A DNA stretch of 64,000 nucleotides from an uncultured Candidatus Rokubacteria bacterium (GTDB lineage Bacteria; Methylomirabilota; Methylomirabilia; Rokubacteriales; DASRDR01). The notes beneath the pieces were generated by a model, which was given only the letters and a program-made list of their open reading frames with translations, was not told the origin of the DNA and ran no database searches. Below, one piece after another: positions 47,770 through 58,330 of this stretch. The position numbers were made by a program, and so were the translations under genes. The DNA is taken from positions 1,344,001 through 1,408,000 of the forward strand of contig CAWDVE010000010.1 of NCBI GenBank assembly GCA_963805625.1. Reading direction: 5' to 3'. The stretch's first letter is position 1, and each line of letters begins with the position of its first letter.

Positions 47770-49143
47770 TCACGCCGCCGCCTGGATCTCCCGGAGCGAC
47801 CGGTCGTAACCCTGCACGATCGCGTCGATCTCGGCATCGCCGTGCGCGCTGGACAGGAAGCTATGGCGCGGGTGGATGAGCACACCCTCGCTCAGAAGAA
47901 AGAGGAACAGCGCCTGGAGCAGATCCGGATCCTCGGCCGCGGCATCGCGAACGCTCATCACCGGACCGTCCACGAACCGGAAGGCGAACAGGGAACCGAG
48001 GCCGCACGCCCGGAGCGGAATGCCCAGCGCCGCCGCCCGCGCCGGCACCTCCCGACGAATGCGGTCGCCCCGGGCGTTCATCGCGCCGTAGAGATCCCGG
48101 TGCTCCCGCAGGAAATCCAGCGTCGCGTTCGCCGCCGCCACCGACGTCGGGTTGCCGTTGAACGTCCCGCCGTAGGCGACCGGCGTGCGCCCCGCCTTCT
48201 TCGCATCGGGTACAGACATGAGCCGCATGAGGTCCCGCGATCCGGCAACCGCGCCGAAGGGGAAGCCGCCGCCCAGGATCTTGCCGAACGTGGCGAGGTC
48301 GGCGCGGATCCCATAGTGCTCCTGCGCTCCGCCGAGGGCCACCCTGAACCCGGTGATGACCTCGTCGAACACGAGGACGACGCCGTGGCGGGCGGTGACG
48401 GCGCGGAGCCCCGCGAGGAACTCGGGTGTGCCGGGGATCGAGCCGGCCGAGCCCTGCACGGGCTCCACGATGACGGCGGCCAGCTCGTCCGCGTGGGCGG
48501 CGATGCGGTCGAGCGCAGCCCGATGGTTGAACGGCAGCACCATCGTGTTCGCCACCGTCTCCTCGGGAATGCCGGGGGACTCCACCGTGGCGACCGGCGC
48601 CTCCACTGGACCCGCCTCCCCGGGCTTGTACTGGACGCTCATCATGACCGCGTCGTGAATGCCGTGGTAACCGCCCTCGAACTTGGCGATCTTCTTCCGG
48701 CCCGTGTAGGCGCGGGCGAGCCGGAGGGCGTGGAGCGTCGCCTCGGACCCGGAGCTGCAGAACGTCGTCATCTCGGCGCCGGGCACCGAATCGATCACCT
48801 TTTCCGCCAGCTCCGTCTCTCCGGCGTGCGGCAGCGCGTACACGGTCCCGTTCATCAGCGCGCGCATCACCGAGGCGGTGATGGCCTCCGGCGAATGGCC
48901 CAGGATGACCGGGCCGAAGCCGAGCCGGCAGTCGACGTACTCGTGGCCGTCGACGTCCCAGATCCGGGCGCCGCGCGCGTCCCGGACGTAGAGGGGGTGG
49001 GGATCCGCGTAGCGGATATTGCTGGTGACGCCGCCCGGCATGAGGTGCCGCGAGCGCTCGTACAGCTCACCCGAGCCCTTCGACTGACGCGCGAGCCTCT
49101 CCTGCGCGACTCGCAGGGCGGTCTTACCGTTCAGAGTCCTCAT
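47770..49143 (-). CDS. Class III PLP aminotransferase (HemL/GSA aminomutase-like)
   Basis: MPGGV, SGSEA, YHG, DEVITGFR, GKILGGG. Confidence 0.88.
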   Translation of the reverse strand: MRTLNGKTALRVAQERLARQSKGSGELYERSRHLMPGGVTSNIRYADPHPLYVRDARGARIWDVDGHEYVDCRLGFGPVILGHSPEAITASVMRALMNGTVYALPHAGETELAEKVIDSVPGAEMTTFCSSGSEATLHALRLARAYTGRKKIAKFEGGYHGIHDAVMMSVQYKPGEAGPVEAPVATVESPGIPEETVANTMVLPFNHRAALDRIAAHADELAAVIVEPVQGSAGSIPGTPEFLAGLRAVTARHGVVLVFDEVITGFRVALGGAQEHYGIRADLATFGKILGGGFPFGAVAGSRDLMRLMSVPDAKKAGRTPVAYGGTFNGNPTSVAAANATLDFLREHRDLYGAMNARGDRIRREVPARAAALGIPLRACGLGSLFAFRFVDGPVMSVRDAAAEDPDLLQALFLFLLSEGVLIHPRHSFLSSAHGDAEIDAIVQGYDRSLREIQAAA

Positions 49144-49225
49144 CGGCTCTCCTCGTGGTCTTCGTCGGATCGATGCCGGCGCCGCGGGCGGGGCTTCACT
49201 CCCGCCCGCGGCACGGCGGCAGGCT

Positions 49226-50332
49226 CTAGCCTGCCTTGTACTCGTTCCAGACCTGCGTCCACTTCTCGATGTTCGACGGCGCATCCAGCATCGTCATCTT
49301 GCCGATCGCGTCCCAGTTCTTCATGCCAACGGCGTTCACGAGTGCGCTCTGACCCTTCTGCTCGAGCAGCTTGATCGCCACCTCGCTGTTCACGGGGTAC
49401 TTCGACTTCATCGCCAGGGCGGCCTGGCTCTCCGGCGAGCCGAACGAGTTGATCCACTCGATCGCGGCCTCGCGGTGGGCAGCGCCCTTCACCAGCATGT
49501 TCCCGTCAACCCAGCCCGTCGTCCCTTCCTTCGGGAACACGAATCCGAAGTCCCCCCCGCCCGCGTCCTTGATCCGGTAGCAGATACCGGGCGACGGACA
49601 GAATCCGAGGTCACCTTCCCCGGACGCCATCGCCTTCACGAAATCCGACGACGCTGCCGTAAAGGTCTTGATGAGCGGGCGCTGCTCCATGATCTTCTTC
49701 TTCACCTGCTGGAGCTGGTCGTCCGTCAGTTTGAACGGCTCCTTGAACCCGAGATAGAGGGCGATGGCCGCGATGTACTCGGAAGGCCGGTCCATCTGGA
49801 TGATGCGGCCTTTGTATTTCTTGTCCCAGAGGATATCCCAGGACGTGAACTCCGGGACGGTGCCCTTCCGGTACACGATGGGCTCGGCCGACCATTGATT
49901 GGGGAACTGCATCATCTTGCCGTCGGGAAGCTTCCAGATCTTCAAGTTCTTCAGGGAGGACGCCAGCGTCTTGCCGCTCGACATCTTCTCGAAGTCGAGG
50001 CCCTCGATGAGACCGGCCTTGTTGTACTGCACCGGCCAAAAGCCGTCCGACATACTGATGTCGATCTGCTTCCCGCCGCCCTGCTTGACTTTGAGGTAGC
50101 CCTCCGAGTCGTCTTCGAAGTTGATCGGGTTGACCGAGATCCCCGTCTTCGCGGTGAAGTCCTTCATCAGCTCGGGTAGCTGGTATACGGACCAACTCAA
50201 CCAGTTCACGGGCCCCTTGGCCTGGGCGACTGCGGGGCTCGCCCCGCTCGCGGCCATGACGCCTCCGGCGACCGCCGCGGTGCCTCGCAGGAAATCCCGC
50301 CGCGAGACCGCTCTCTCCGAGTGCTGACCCAT
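49226..50332 (-). CDS. Polyamine-type ABC substrate-binding protein (PotD/F-like), Tat-exported
   Basis: SRRDFL twin-arginine signal; SWDILWD.KYKG; PKEG..WVD. Confidence 0.88.
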   Translation of the reverse strand: MGQHSERAVSRRDFLRGTAAVAGGVMAASGASPAVAQAKGPVNWLSWSVYQLPELMKDFTAKTGISVNPINFEDDSEGYLKVKQGGGKQIDISMSDGFWPVQYNKAGLIEGLDFEKMSSGKTLASSLKNLKIWKLPDGKMMQFPNQWSAEPIVYRKGTVPEFTSWDILWDKKYKGRIIQMDRPSEYIAAIALYLGFKEPFKLTDDQLQQVKKKIMEQRPLIKTFTAASSDFVKAMASGEGDLGFCPSPGICYRIKDAGGGDFGFVFPKEGTTGWVDGNMLVKGAAHREAAIEWINSFGSPESQAALAMKSKYPVNSEVAIKLLEQKGQSALVNAVGMKNWDAIGKMTMLDAPSNIEKWTQVWNEYKAG

Positions 50333-50413
50333 ATAGGCCTCCTTGTGTTGAGGGTGATCCTGGATCCCCGCCACCCCGGCCCGGGGGCCGGAAGCCGCGC
50401 GCCCCCGCCCCGC

Positions 50414-52159
50414 TCACCCTCCCACGGAGCCGGATGCGCGCCGTCTGACCACCGTCTGAACGAGGAACATCCCACCCAGCAGCACGAACGAGACGACGAC
50501 GATCAGGGCCGCCACCGCATTCACGGTCGGCGACACGATCGTGCGCAGCATGCCCCACACGTAGAGTGGCAGCGTCTGCGTCGTGCTCGTGAGCAAGAAC
50601 GTGATGATGAACTCGTCGAGCGACAGCGTGAACGCAAAGATGCCCGCCGCGGCCAGCCCCGGCACCATCAGGGGCAGCGTCACAGACCGGAACGTCCGCA
50701 GCCGGTTGGCCCCGAGGTCCATGGCCGCCTCCTCGAGGGTGCGGTCGAATCCGTACTGCTGGGCCGCGATCACGAAAAACGTGTAGGGCAGCACGTACGT
50801 CGCGTGCCCGACGAGGATCGTGGCGAACGACAGGTCGATGTCCGCGGCCTTGAAGAGGAGCATGAGACCGAACCCCAGCATGATCGACGGAATGATGAGC
50901 GGCACGATCAGCGCCTGGCGGATCAGGCCCCGGCCGGGGAACCGGTACCGCACGATGGCGTACGCTCCCGGGGCCGCGATGACGACCGCCAGCGCCGCCG
51001 ACAGCACGGCGATCAGGAAGCTGTTCCACACCGAGGTCATGAGCCACGGGTCGTTGAGCGCCTCCTCGTACCACTGGAGCGAGTATCCGGGCGGCGGGAA
51101 CACCCCGCCCGCGGTCGAACTGAACGAGAACAGGATCAGGAACGCCACCGGCAGGAACAGGAAGGCGTAGATCAGCCCCGCGTACCCGCTCAGCGGTCCG
51201 AAGCGCCCGCGGCTGAGCCCGCCGCGACGGCCGGTCAGCTGGCCCACCCCGCCCGCGTACACGCGCTCGAGGTCGACCGACCGCCCGAACAGCGTGACCG
51301 CGATCAGCGCCACCGCCAGCACCACGAAGGAGACCGCCGACCCCAAAGCGAAGTCGAGCGAGTTCTTGAAGATCGTCACCTGGAGGTTACCGATCATCGT
51401 GGAATTCGCGCCCCCCAGCAAGGCCGGGGTCACGAACAGTCCGAGCGTCGGCACGAACACGAAGATGACGGCGGCCTGGACGCCGGCCAGGCTCAGCGGG
51501 AGCGTGACGCGCCGGAATGTCGTCCAGGGTCCCGCCCCCAGATCCATCGACGCCTCCTCAAGGGAGGTCCCGAGCTTCTCGAGTGAAGTGTAGATCGAGA
51601 GCACCGCGAACGGAAGATAGAGGTAGATCCCCGCGATCACGACGGCGGTCACGGTGTACAGGAGCTGAATGGGCTGGTCGATGACGCCGACCCGGCGGAG
51701 CACGGAGTTGATCACGCCGTTGCTCGCCAGGATGCTCATCCACGCGTAGGTGCGGACGAGGAAGCTCGTCCAGAACGGCACCATGACGAGCACGATCAGG
51801 AGCCCCTGCCACCGCTGCGTTCGACGGGCCAGGAAGTACGCGAATGGATAGGCGAGCGCGACGCAGCCCACCGTCACGAGCGCGGCGATCTCGAGCGTGC
51901 GCACCATGACGCGTGCGTACACCGGCTGGGTAAACACGGCCCAGTAGTTGCCGAGGTTCCACACGGGCTCGAGGTCGAAGTCATGGTATCGCCAGAAGCT
52001 GAATACCGCCATGGTGGCCATCGGGACCACGATGAACACGACGACCCACGCCATGAGCGGCAGCGCTGGGAGCATCGCCATCACCGGGTGGGGTCCGCTG
52101 CGCTGCCCGCTCCGCCGGAGGTCCTTCGCACCGTCTCGCCTGTCGCTCGTGCTGCCCAC
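50414..52159 (-). CDS. Fused PotB+PotC-type ABC permease
   Basis: Two EEA.MDLGA loops; PFWTSFLVR and SLDEF. Confidence 0.9.
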   Translation of the reverse strand: MGSTSDRRDGAKDLRRSGQRSGPHPVMAMLPALPLMAWVVVFIVVPMATMAVFSFWRYHDFDLEPVWNLGNYWAVFTQPVYARVMVRTLEIAALVTVGCVALAYPFAYFLARRTQRWQGLLIVLVMVPFWTSFLVRTYAWMSILASNGVINSVLRRVGVIDQPIQLLYTVTAVVIAGIYLYLPFAVLSIYTSLEKLGTSLEEASMDLGAGPWTTFRRVTLPLSLAGVQAAVIFVFVPTLGLFVTPALLGGANSTMIGNLQVTIFKNSLDFALGSAVSFVVLAVALIAVTLFGRSVDLERVYAGGVGQLTGRRGGLSRGRFGPLSGYAGLIYAFLFLPVAFLILFSFSSTAGGVFPPPGYSLQWYEEALNDPWLMTSVWNSFLIAVLSAALAVVIAAPGAYAIVRYRFPGRGLIRQALIVPLIIPSIMLGFGLMLLFKAADIDLSFATILVGHATYVLPYTFFVIAAQQYGFDRTLEEAAMDLGANRLRTFRSVTLPLMVPGLAAAGIFAFTLSLDEFIITFLLTSTTQTLPLYVWGMLRTIVSPTVNAVAALIVVVSFVLLGGMFLVQTVVRRRASGSVGG

Positions 52160-52168
52160 GCCTCGTCC

Positions 52169-53305
52169 CTACTCGATCCGCTCGCCCCGGGCGGCGCCGA
52201 AGACGAGGCAGTCCGCCTCGTCCCACTCCACGGCGATCGGCCGGCCGATGCGATCCGCGCCGTTCCCGAACTGAGCCGTCGGGTCCTCGGCCTGCACCAG
52301 CCGGTCACCCGCCAGCCGAACGACCAGCGTCGCCCGGCTCCCCAGGTAGACGAAGTCCTCGAGCTGCCCCGGAAGCCCCCGGCCGGGCGGAGCGACCCGG
52401 ACCTTCTCGGGCCGGACCGCCACGAGCACCTGCTCGCCCAGCGGGGGCCGTCGCCGGAGCGTCTTCCCGAACCGCCAGCCGCCGTCGAGCTGGATGGTCG
52501 TGCTCCGATCAGCGTGCTCGCCGATCACGCCCGGCAAGAGATTGCTGACGCCGACGAAGTTCGCGACGAACGTCGTGCGGGGCTGCTCGTAGATCTCCCG
52601 CGGCGAGGCAAGCTGCACGATTCGGCCCGCATCCATCACCGCGATGCGGTCGGACATCGTCAGCGCCTCCTCCTGATCGTGCGTCACGTAGATGAACGTG
52701 ATGCCGACCTCGCGGTGTACTCGCTTGAGCTCGAGCTGCATCTCCTTCCGGAGCTTGAGGTCGAGAGCTCCCAAGGGCTCGTCCAGGAGCAGGATCGCCG
52801 GCTGGTTGACGAGGGCCCGCGCGAGAGCGACCCGTTGCTGCTGTCCGCCCGACAGCTCGTGGGGCCGCCGGCGGTCAAGGCCGCCCAGCCGCACCTGCTC
52901 GAGCGCCTGCCCGACGGTGCGCCGAATTTCGGCGGCGGGAAGTGCCTTGACCCGGAGCCCAAAGGCCACGTTGTCGAACACGGACAGGTGCGGAAAGAGC
53001 GCGTAGCTCTGGAAGACGGTGTTGACGTTCCGCCGGTACGGGGGCACGCCATCGACGCGTTCCCCCCGGATCGACACCGATCCAGCGGTCTGCGCCTCGA
53101 ACCCCGCCACGATCCTGAGGGTCGTGGTCTTGCCGCAGCCGCTCGGACCGAGGAGAGTGACGAACTCGCCGCGCTCGATGTCGAGGGATACCGCGGCGAG
53201 TGCCACGACCTCGCCGAACTGCTTGGTGACCTCGCGCAGCTGGAGGTCTGGAGTCGCTCCCTCGCGGGAGCCTTCCGGGGCCGTCGAAATGTCAGATCGC
53301 GCCAA
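52169..53305 (-). CDS. Polyamine-type ABC ATPase (PotA-like)
   Basis: GPSGCGKTT, FQSYALFPHL, LSGGQQQR, TOBE domain; start uncertain. Confidence 0.92.
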   Translation of the reverse strand: MARSDISTAPEGSREGATPDLQLREVTKQFGEVVALAAVSLDIERGEFVTLLGPSGCGKTTTLRIVAGFEAQTAGSVSIRGERVDGVPPYRRNVNTVFQSYALFPHLSVFDNVAFGLRVKALPAAEIRRTVGQALEQVRLGGLDRRRPHELSGGQQQRVALARALVNQPAILLLDEPLGALDLKLRKEMQLELKRVHREVGITFIYVTHDQEEALTMSDRIAVMDAGRIVQLASPREIYEQPRTTFVANFVGVSNLLPGVIGEHADRSTTIQLDGGWRFGKTLRRRPPLGEQVLVAVRPEKVRVAPPGRGLPGQLEDFVYLGSRATLVVRLAGDRLVQAEDPTAQFGNGADRIGRPIAVEWDEADCLVFGAARGERIE

Positions 53306-53905
53306 TACACCGCCGCGGCGGGACGCCCTGGGGAGCTGCGTCGTTGGGCCCCGGGCCGCGTCGCGACTATACCGCCAGGCTCGCCGGGAGACAAGACAGT
53401 GCACTCCATCTACCACACTGGCCTGGCGTGTCGTCCCGCATCCTTCTTCTGTGATCAGCTCGCCGGTCGCGCGCGCCCTCCGGACCAGCCGTTCCTCAGG
53501 GCGCCGGATTGGAGGGCTTATCCTCGAGAGCCTCGGGACCTCCCGGACGGACGACGCCGGCCCCGACACTCTCGCGCGTGGTGGCCCGAGCACGGGGTCT
53601 GCCTACCCGTTCGGCTGCCGCCGGCGGGCACCCATCCGAACGTTATGCCTCCGAGGAAGCTCGGCTTCGTCATCCAGCCCCTCGAGCGCCACCACCCGGC
53701 CGCACGATCCTGGGTACGAACAGCGGCAATGCCAGGTGGACAACGTGTGCCGGACAAGAGTCCACGCCCGGCAGCGGGCGCCCGCCGATCCCGGCACCCC
53801 GAGTCTCGAGCACGACGCACGAGATTGCGACCACCGGGTCGCGAGTGAAGCGAAGACGGGGACTAACGACTGCGTCGAGACGGAGACAGCAACCGGTCCA
53901 TCTCG

Positions 53906-54541
53906 TCAGCCTTCGAGGTCTACGGGCGTCAGGACGACCGCTCCCGCCCGTAGAAGGACAGCGGGTCTCCGGGTGAGATCGAGCACCGTCGAGGCCGGTC
54001 CGCCGAGTGTCGGGCCGCCGTCCAGGACGAGCTCGACGCGGGTCCCGAGGCCCGCAACCACCTCGTCGGCCGTGCGCGGACTCAGGGCCCCGTGGGGGTT
54101 TGCGCTCGACGCCGTGACCGGCTCTCCGAGGGCCGCGACAAGCGCGCGGGCAACCGGGTGACCGGACAATCGGACGCCGATCGTCCCCGTGCCCGCCGTG
54201 AGCGCCGTGGGAAGGTCAGCGTGGGCGTGGAGCACGAGCGTCAGCGCTCCCGGCCAGTATCGCTCCATCAGCCGGTGCGCCCGGGCGGGCACCTCCCCGG
54301 CGACCCGGTCGACCATCGCGAGAGAGTCGACCAGTACGAGGAGGGGCTTGTCCGCGGGCCGCCCTTTCGCCTGGAAGACCTTGGCAACCGCCGCGGCGTC
54401 GAGCGCGCTGGCCCCGAGCCCGTAGAAGGTCTCCGTCGGGAAAGCGACGAGCCCCCCGCCGTGGAGGACACGGGCTGCCGTCTCGAGCACCGCCGGGTCC
54501 GGACGGCCCGCGTCGACGACGAGCCGCGCCGGGCGGCTCAC
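53906..54541 (-). CDS. tsaC: L-threonylcarbamoyladenylate synthase
   Basis: PTETFYGL, KGRP..KPL, WPG.LT, SAN, STV. Confidence 0.92.
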   Translation of the reverse strand: MSRPARLVVDAGRPDPAVLETAARVLHGGGLVAFPTETFYGLGASALDAAAVAKVFQAKGRPADKPLLVLVDSLAMVDRVAGEVPARAHRLMERYWPGALTLVLHAHADLPTALTAGTGTIGVRLSGHPVARALVAALGEPVTASSANPHGALSPRTADEVVAGLGTRVELVLDGGPTLGGPASTVLDLTRRPAVLLRAGAVVLTPVDLEG

Positions 54542-55875
54542 GGAGATCCGCCGATCCTATTGAGATGCGGGCCGAAGTGCCGGAGGGCCCGATGACCGAT
54601 GTCGCGTCGGTAGTGCACGCCGTCGAAGCGGATCTCCCCCGCCGCCGCATAGGCGCCGGCCACCGCGGCCGCGATGTCGGCGCCGAGGGCCGTCACGCCC
54701 AGGACACGCCCACCCGCGGTCGTCAGCCGGCCGTCGCGCCACGCGGTGCCGGCGTGGAAGGCCGTGACACCGGGGTACGCCTCGGCTCGCTCGATTCCCT
54801 CGATCGGGAGGCCAGTCCGATACTCGCCCGGGTACCCGCCGGAGGCGAGCACCACGCACACGGCAGCCTCAGGTCGCCAGGCCACCGACGGCGGCAGCCC
54901 ACGACCCTCCGCCACGGCCTGGCAGAGCGGCAGGAGGTCGTCCACCAACCGGAGCATCAGCACCTGGCACTCCGGATCGCCGAACCGCACGTTGTACTCG
55001 AGGACGCGGAGGCCGGCTGCCGTCAGCATGACACCTGCGAAGAGGACGCCGCGGTACGGGCGGCCCTCAGCGGACATGGCGAGGATCGTCGGCTCGAGCA
55101 CGGTCCGGACGACCTCCTCCGAGAGGGCGGGGTCGAGCGCCGGAGCCGGCGAGTATGCTCCCATCCCCCCGGTGTTCGGGCCTCGGTCGCCGTCGAAGAC
55201 AGCCTTGTGGTCCTGGGCGGACGCGAGCGGGCACACGGTCCGCCCGTCGGTCAGCGCGAACACCGAGACCTCCTCGCCCTCGAGGTACTCCTCGACCACC
55301 AACCGCGCCCCGGCATCGCCGAACACCCTCCGCTCGAGCATGTCGCTGATGGCCCGGTCGGCCTCGGACGAGTCCGCGCACACGACCGCGCCTTTGCCGG
55401 CGGCGAGCCCGTCGGCCTTGACGACCGCCCGGCCGCCGAGCTCCTCGACGAACGCGCGCGCCGGGCCCGGCTCGTCGAAGATCCCGAAGCGGGCGGTCGG
55501 GATGCCGTGCCGGGCAAAGAGCGCCTTGGCAAAGGCCTTGGAGCTCTCCAGCGCTGCGGCGGCGCGCGAGGGGCCGAAGGCCAAACGACCACGCGCCTCG
55601 AGCGCGTCGACGAGCCCGAGGGCGAGCGGCCCTTCCGGCCCCACCACCGTCAGGTCGATCCGCTCCCGCTCCGCCAGGTCGACGATCGCGGCGATGTCGT
55701 CGGCGCGGACCGGAACGCACTCGGCGAGGCGTGCGATGCCCGGGTTGCCGGGCGCGGCGCAGAGCGACCCGAGTCGCGGGCTCTGCGCGAGCCTCCAGGC
55801 GAGCGCGTGCTCACGTCCCCCGCTCCCGACCAGAAGGATCCTCAGCCCGCTCACGGTCCGGCGCCGCTCACCCAC
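54538..55875 (-). CDS. purD: Phosphoribosylamine--glycine ligase
   Basis: GSGGREHA, KADGLAAGKG, NTGGMG, RFGDPE. Confidence 0.95.
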   Translation of the reverse strand: MGERRRTVSGLRILLVGSGGREHALAWRLAQSPRLGSLCAAPGNPGIARLAECVPVRADDIAAIVDLAERERIDLTVVGPEGPLALGLVDALEARGRLAFGPSRAAAALESSKAFAKALFARHGIPTARFGIFDEPGPARAFVEELGGRAVVKADGLAAGKGAVVCADSSEADRAISDMLERRVFGDAGARLVVEEYLEGEEVSVFALTDGRTVCPLASAQDHKAVFDGDRGPNTGGMGAYSPAPALDPALSEEVVRTVLEPTILAMSAEGRPYRGVLFAGVMLTAAGLRVLEYNVRFGDPECQVLMLRLVDDLLPLCQAVAEGRGLPPSVAWRPEAAVCVVLASGGYPGEYRTGLPIEGIERAEAYPGVTAFHAGTAWRDGRLTTAGGRVLGVTALGADIAAAVAGAYAAAGEIRFDGVHYRRDIGHRALRHFGPHLNRIGGSP

Positions 55876-56738
55876 TCCCGGGCGATCGCGGCCCAGCGGC
55901 TGTCAGGGTCGAGCTCGATGTAGCGCGCCCAGTGCCGCCGCGCCGCCCGCCCATCCCCTGCCCGCTCGAGCGCGGAGGCGAGGTTGAAGTGAGCGTCGGC
56001 GTAGTCGGGGCGGATCTCGAGCGCGCGGCGGTACCAGAGGATCGCCTGCGGAAGGCTGCCCAGGTCATCGTGCAGCGACCCGAGGTTGTACGCGGCCTCG
56101 GCGAGCGTCGGATCCGCGACCAGCGCCACCTCGTAGTGCCGCCGCGCGTCCTCGTAGCGCCCCATCCGGTGCTGGAGGAGACCCAGGTTGTTCCAGGCTG
56201 CCCCGTGGTCCGGAGCCAGCGTCGTCACGCGCTGGTAGGCGTCCACCGCCTGGGTCCACTGGGCCGGATCGCCGTCCAGCTCCGACGCCAGCTCGAACCA
56301 ACGCTCCGCCTCGCTGCCGCTCGGCGGCGCAAGAGGCCGCACGAGCCCGCGGAGGGCGGAGACGCGCGCGTCCTCGGCAAGCCCCTTCTCCGAGAACTCC
56401 ATCACGATCTGGCCGGAGGGTTCGAGGAGCCGCGCGTCTCGCTCGATGAAGATTTCGCCGTCGCGGACCGTGACCCTGAGCTCGGCGAGTGGCGCCTCCG
56501 ACGCGAGCCCGAGCCGCCGGAGTGTGTCGAGCGCCCGACGGATCTGGCGGACGGTGGCGCCCTGGTCGAGGAGCGTCCGCGCGACGCGCAGCGCCACCAG
56601 GTCCCGGAACGTGTACCGATCGGCGTGGTCCGGCGCGTGGAGCAGCCCGAGTCGTCGAAGCTGCTCGGCTCGGCGGGGGTTCAGGGCCAGGAGCCGGACG
56701 ACGTCCCGCTCCGTGAAGACCCAGCCGGGCGCTGTCAA
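55851..56738 (-). CDS. MerR-type HTH + TPR protein
   Basis: YTFRDLVALR..L...G...RQIR, then TPR repeats (AWNNLG, AAYNLG, AHFNLA); TTG overlaps the purH stop. Confidence 0.82.
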   Translation of the reverse strand: MTAPGWVFTERDVVRLLALNPRRAEQLRRLGLLHAPDHADRYTFRDLVALRVARTLLDQGATVRQIRRALDTLRRLGLASEAPLAELRVTVRDGEIFIERDARLLEPSGQIVMEFSEKGLAEDARVSALRGLVRPLAPPSGSEAERWFELASELDGDPAQWTQAVDAYQRVTTLAPDHGAAWNNLGLLQHRMGRYEDARRHYEVALVADPTLAEAAYNLGSLHDDLGSLPQAILWYRRALEIRPDYADAHFNLASALERAGDGRAARRHWARYIELDPDSRWAAIAREWVSGAGP

Positions 56739-58330
56739 TGCTTGAAGTGGCGGATCCCGGTCGTGACCATGGCCATGCCATGCTCGTCGGCCGCCACCAC
56801 GATCTCTTCGTCCCGGATCGAGCCCCCCGGATGGATCACGGCAGCGGCGCCCGCCTCCGCAACGATGTCGAGACCGTCCCGGAAGGGAAAGAACGCGTCC
56901 GAGGCCACGGCGGCGCCGCCGAGCTTGTGGCCGTGCTCGCGCGCCCGCATCACGGCGAGGCGCGCCGCGTCGACCCGGCTCATCTGCCCGGCACCCACGC
57001 CCAGCACCTGGTCCTCCGACGTCAGCACGATCGCGTTGGACTTGACGTGCTTGGCGACCTTCCAGGCGAAGCGAAGCGCGCGCCACTCGGCGGCTGTCGG
57101 CTCACGCCGGCTCACGACGCGGACAGCGACCGGATCGAGACCGACCAGGTCCGCCTCCTGGACCAGCAGTCCCCCGGGCACACTGCGAGCCTCGAGCGGC
57201 GCCGAGCCAGCAGGGGGCCGCCCGACCGGAACCTCCAGCACGCGGAGCTTCTTCTTGGTGCGTCTGAGCTCCTCGAGAGCGTCCGGCTCGAACGCCGGGG
57301 CGAACAGGATCTCGAGCAGGATGCCGGCCAGGGCCTCCACCAGCGCACGGTCCACGGGTCGGTTGACGCCGACGATCCCCCCGTAGATCGAGACGGGATC
57401 GGAGGCACGCGCTCGCTCGAAGGCCGCAGCCACGTCCGAGCCCACCGCCGCCCCGCAGGGGTTCGTGTGCTTGACGACGACGGCGGCAGGCTCGGCGAAC
57501 TCGAGGAGGAGACCCAGCGCCCCGGCGAGATCCAGGAGGTTGTTGTACGAGAGCTCGGGTCCGTGAAGCTGGCGGAGCGCGCCGAGACCGCCCGACCCGA
57601 GCGTCGGGCTCAGCGGGCGGTAGAAGGCCGCTCGCTGGTGCGGGTTCTCCCCGTAGCGGAGCGCGGTCACGCGCTCCGCGTCCAGATGGATCACCGGGGG
57701 GAAGCGGAGCGCGTCACCGGCGGCGGGAACCGCCGGACGCGCGGGGGATCGGAGCCAAGCAGCGATCGCCGCGTCGTACTGGGCCGTCCGCCGGAACCCC
57801 TCGAGCGCCAGTCGCCGGCGCGTGTCCGGCGACACCGTACCGCCCGACCGGCGCAATTCCTCCAGGACCGGCGCGTACTGAGCTGGGTCGACCAACACCA
57901 CGACCCCCTCATGGTTCTTCGCGGCAGCGCGAATCATCGCCGGACCGCCCACGTCGATCTGCTCGATGGCGTCCTCGTAGCCGACTCCGGGCTTCGCGAC
58001 GGTCGCCTCGAACGGGTAGAGATTCACGGCCACCAGATCGATCGGGGCGATGCCGTGGCGCGCAAGGGTCTCCTCGTGGGCCGCGAGGTCCCGGCGCGCG
58101 AGGATGCCCCCGTGGATCGCCGGGTGGAGCGTCTTCACCCGCCCGTCGAGCATCTCGGGGAACCCGGTCACGTCGGAGACCTCGCGGACGGCCAGCCCGG
58201 CCGCCGAGAGCGCCCGGGCCGTGCCCCCGGTCGACAGGAGCTCGACCCTCAGCTCGGCGAGGCCGCGGGCCAGGTCCACCAGTCCGGTCTTGTCGGAGAC
58301 GGAAAGGAGCGCGCGGCGAATCGGGCTCAC
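56735..58330 (-). CDS. purH: AICAR transformylase/IMP cyclohydrolase
   Basis: SVSDKTG, RVKTLHP, YGENPHQ, KHTNPCG, SDAFFPF. Confidence 0.96.
   Translation of the reverse strand: MSPIRRALLSVSDKTGLVDLARGLAELRVELLSTGGTARALSAAGLAVREVSDVTGFPEMLDGRVKTLHPAIHGGILARRDLAAHEETLARHGIAPIDLVAVNLYPFEATVAKPGVGYEDAIEQIDVGGPAMIRAAAKNHEGVVVLVDPAQYAPVLEELRRSGGTVSPDTRRRLALEGFRRTAQYDAAIAAWLRSPARPAVPAAGDALRFPPVIHLDAERVTALRYGENPHQRAAFYRPLSPTLGSGGLGALRQLHGPELSYNNLLDLAGALGLLLEFAEPAAVVVKHTNPCGAAVGSDVAAAFERARASDPVSIYGGIVGVNRPVDRALVEALAGILLEILFAPAFEPDALEELRRTKKKLRVLEVPVGRPPAGSAPLEARSVPGGLLVQEADLVGLDPVAVRVVSRREPTAAEWRALRFAWKVAKHVKSNAIVLTSEDQVLGVGAGQMSRVDAARLAVMRAREHGHKLGGAAVASDAFFPFRDGLDIVAEAGAAAVIHPGGSIRDEEIVVAADEHGMAMVTTGIRHFKH

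Noticed and set aside
47770-49143. Assigning the symbol hemL
   Set aside because: It lacks heme-pathway context and sits in an amine ABC operon; only the family-level call is supported
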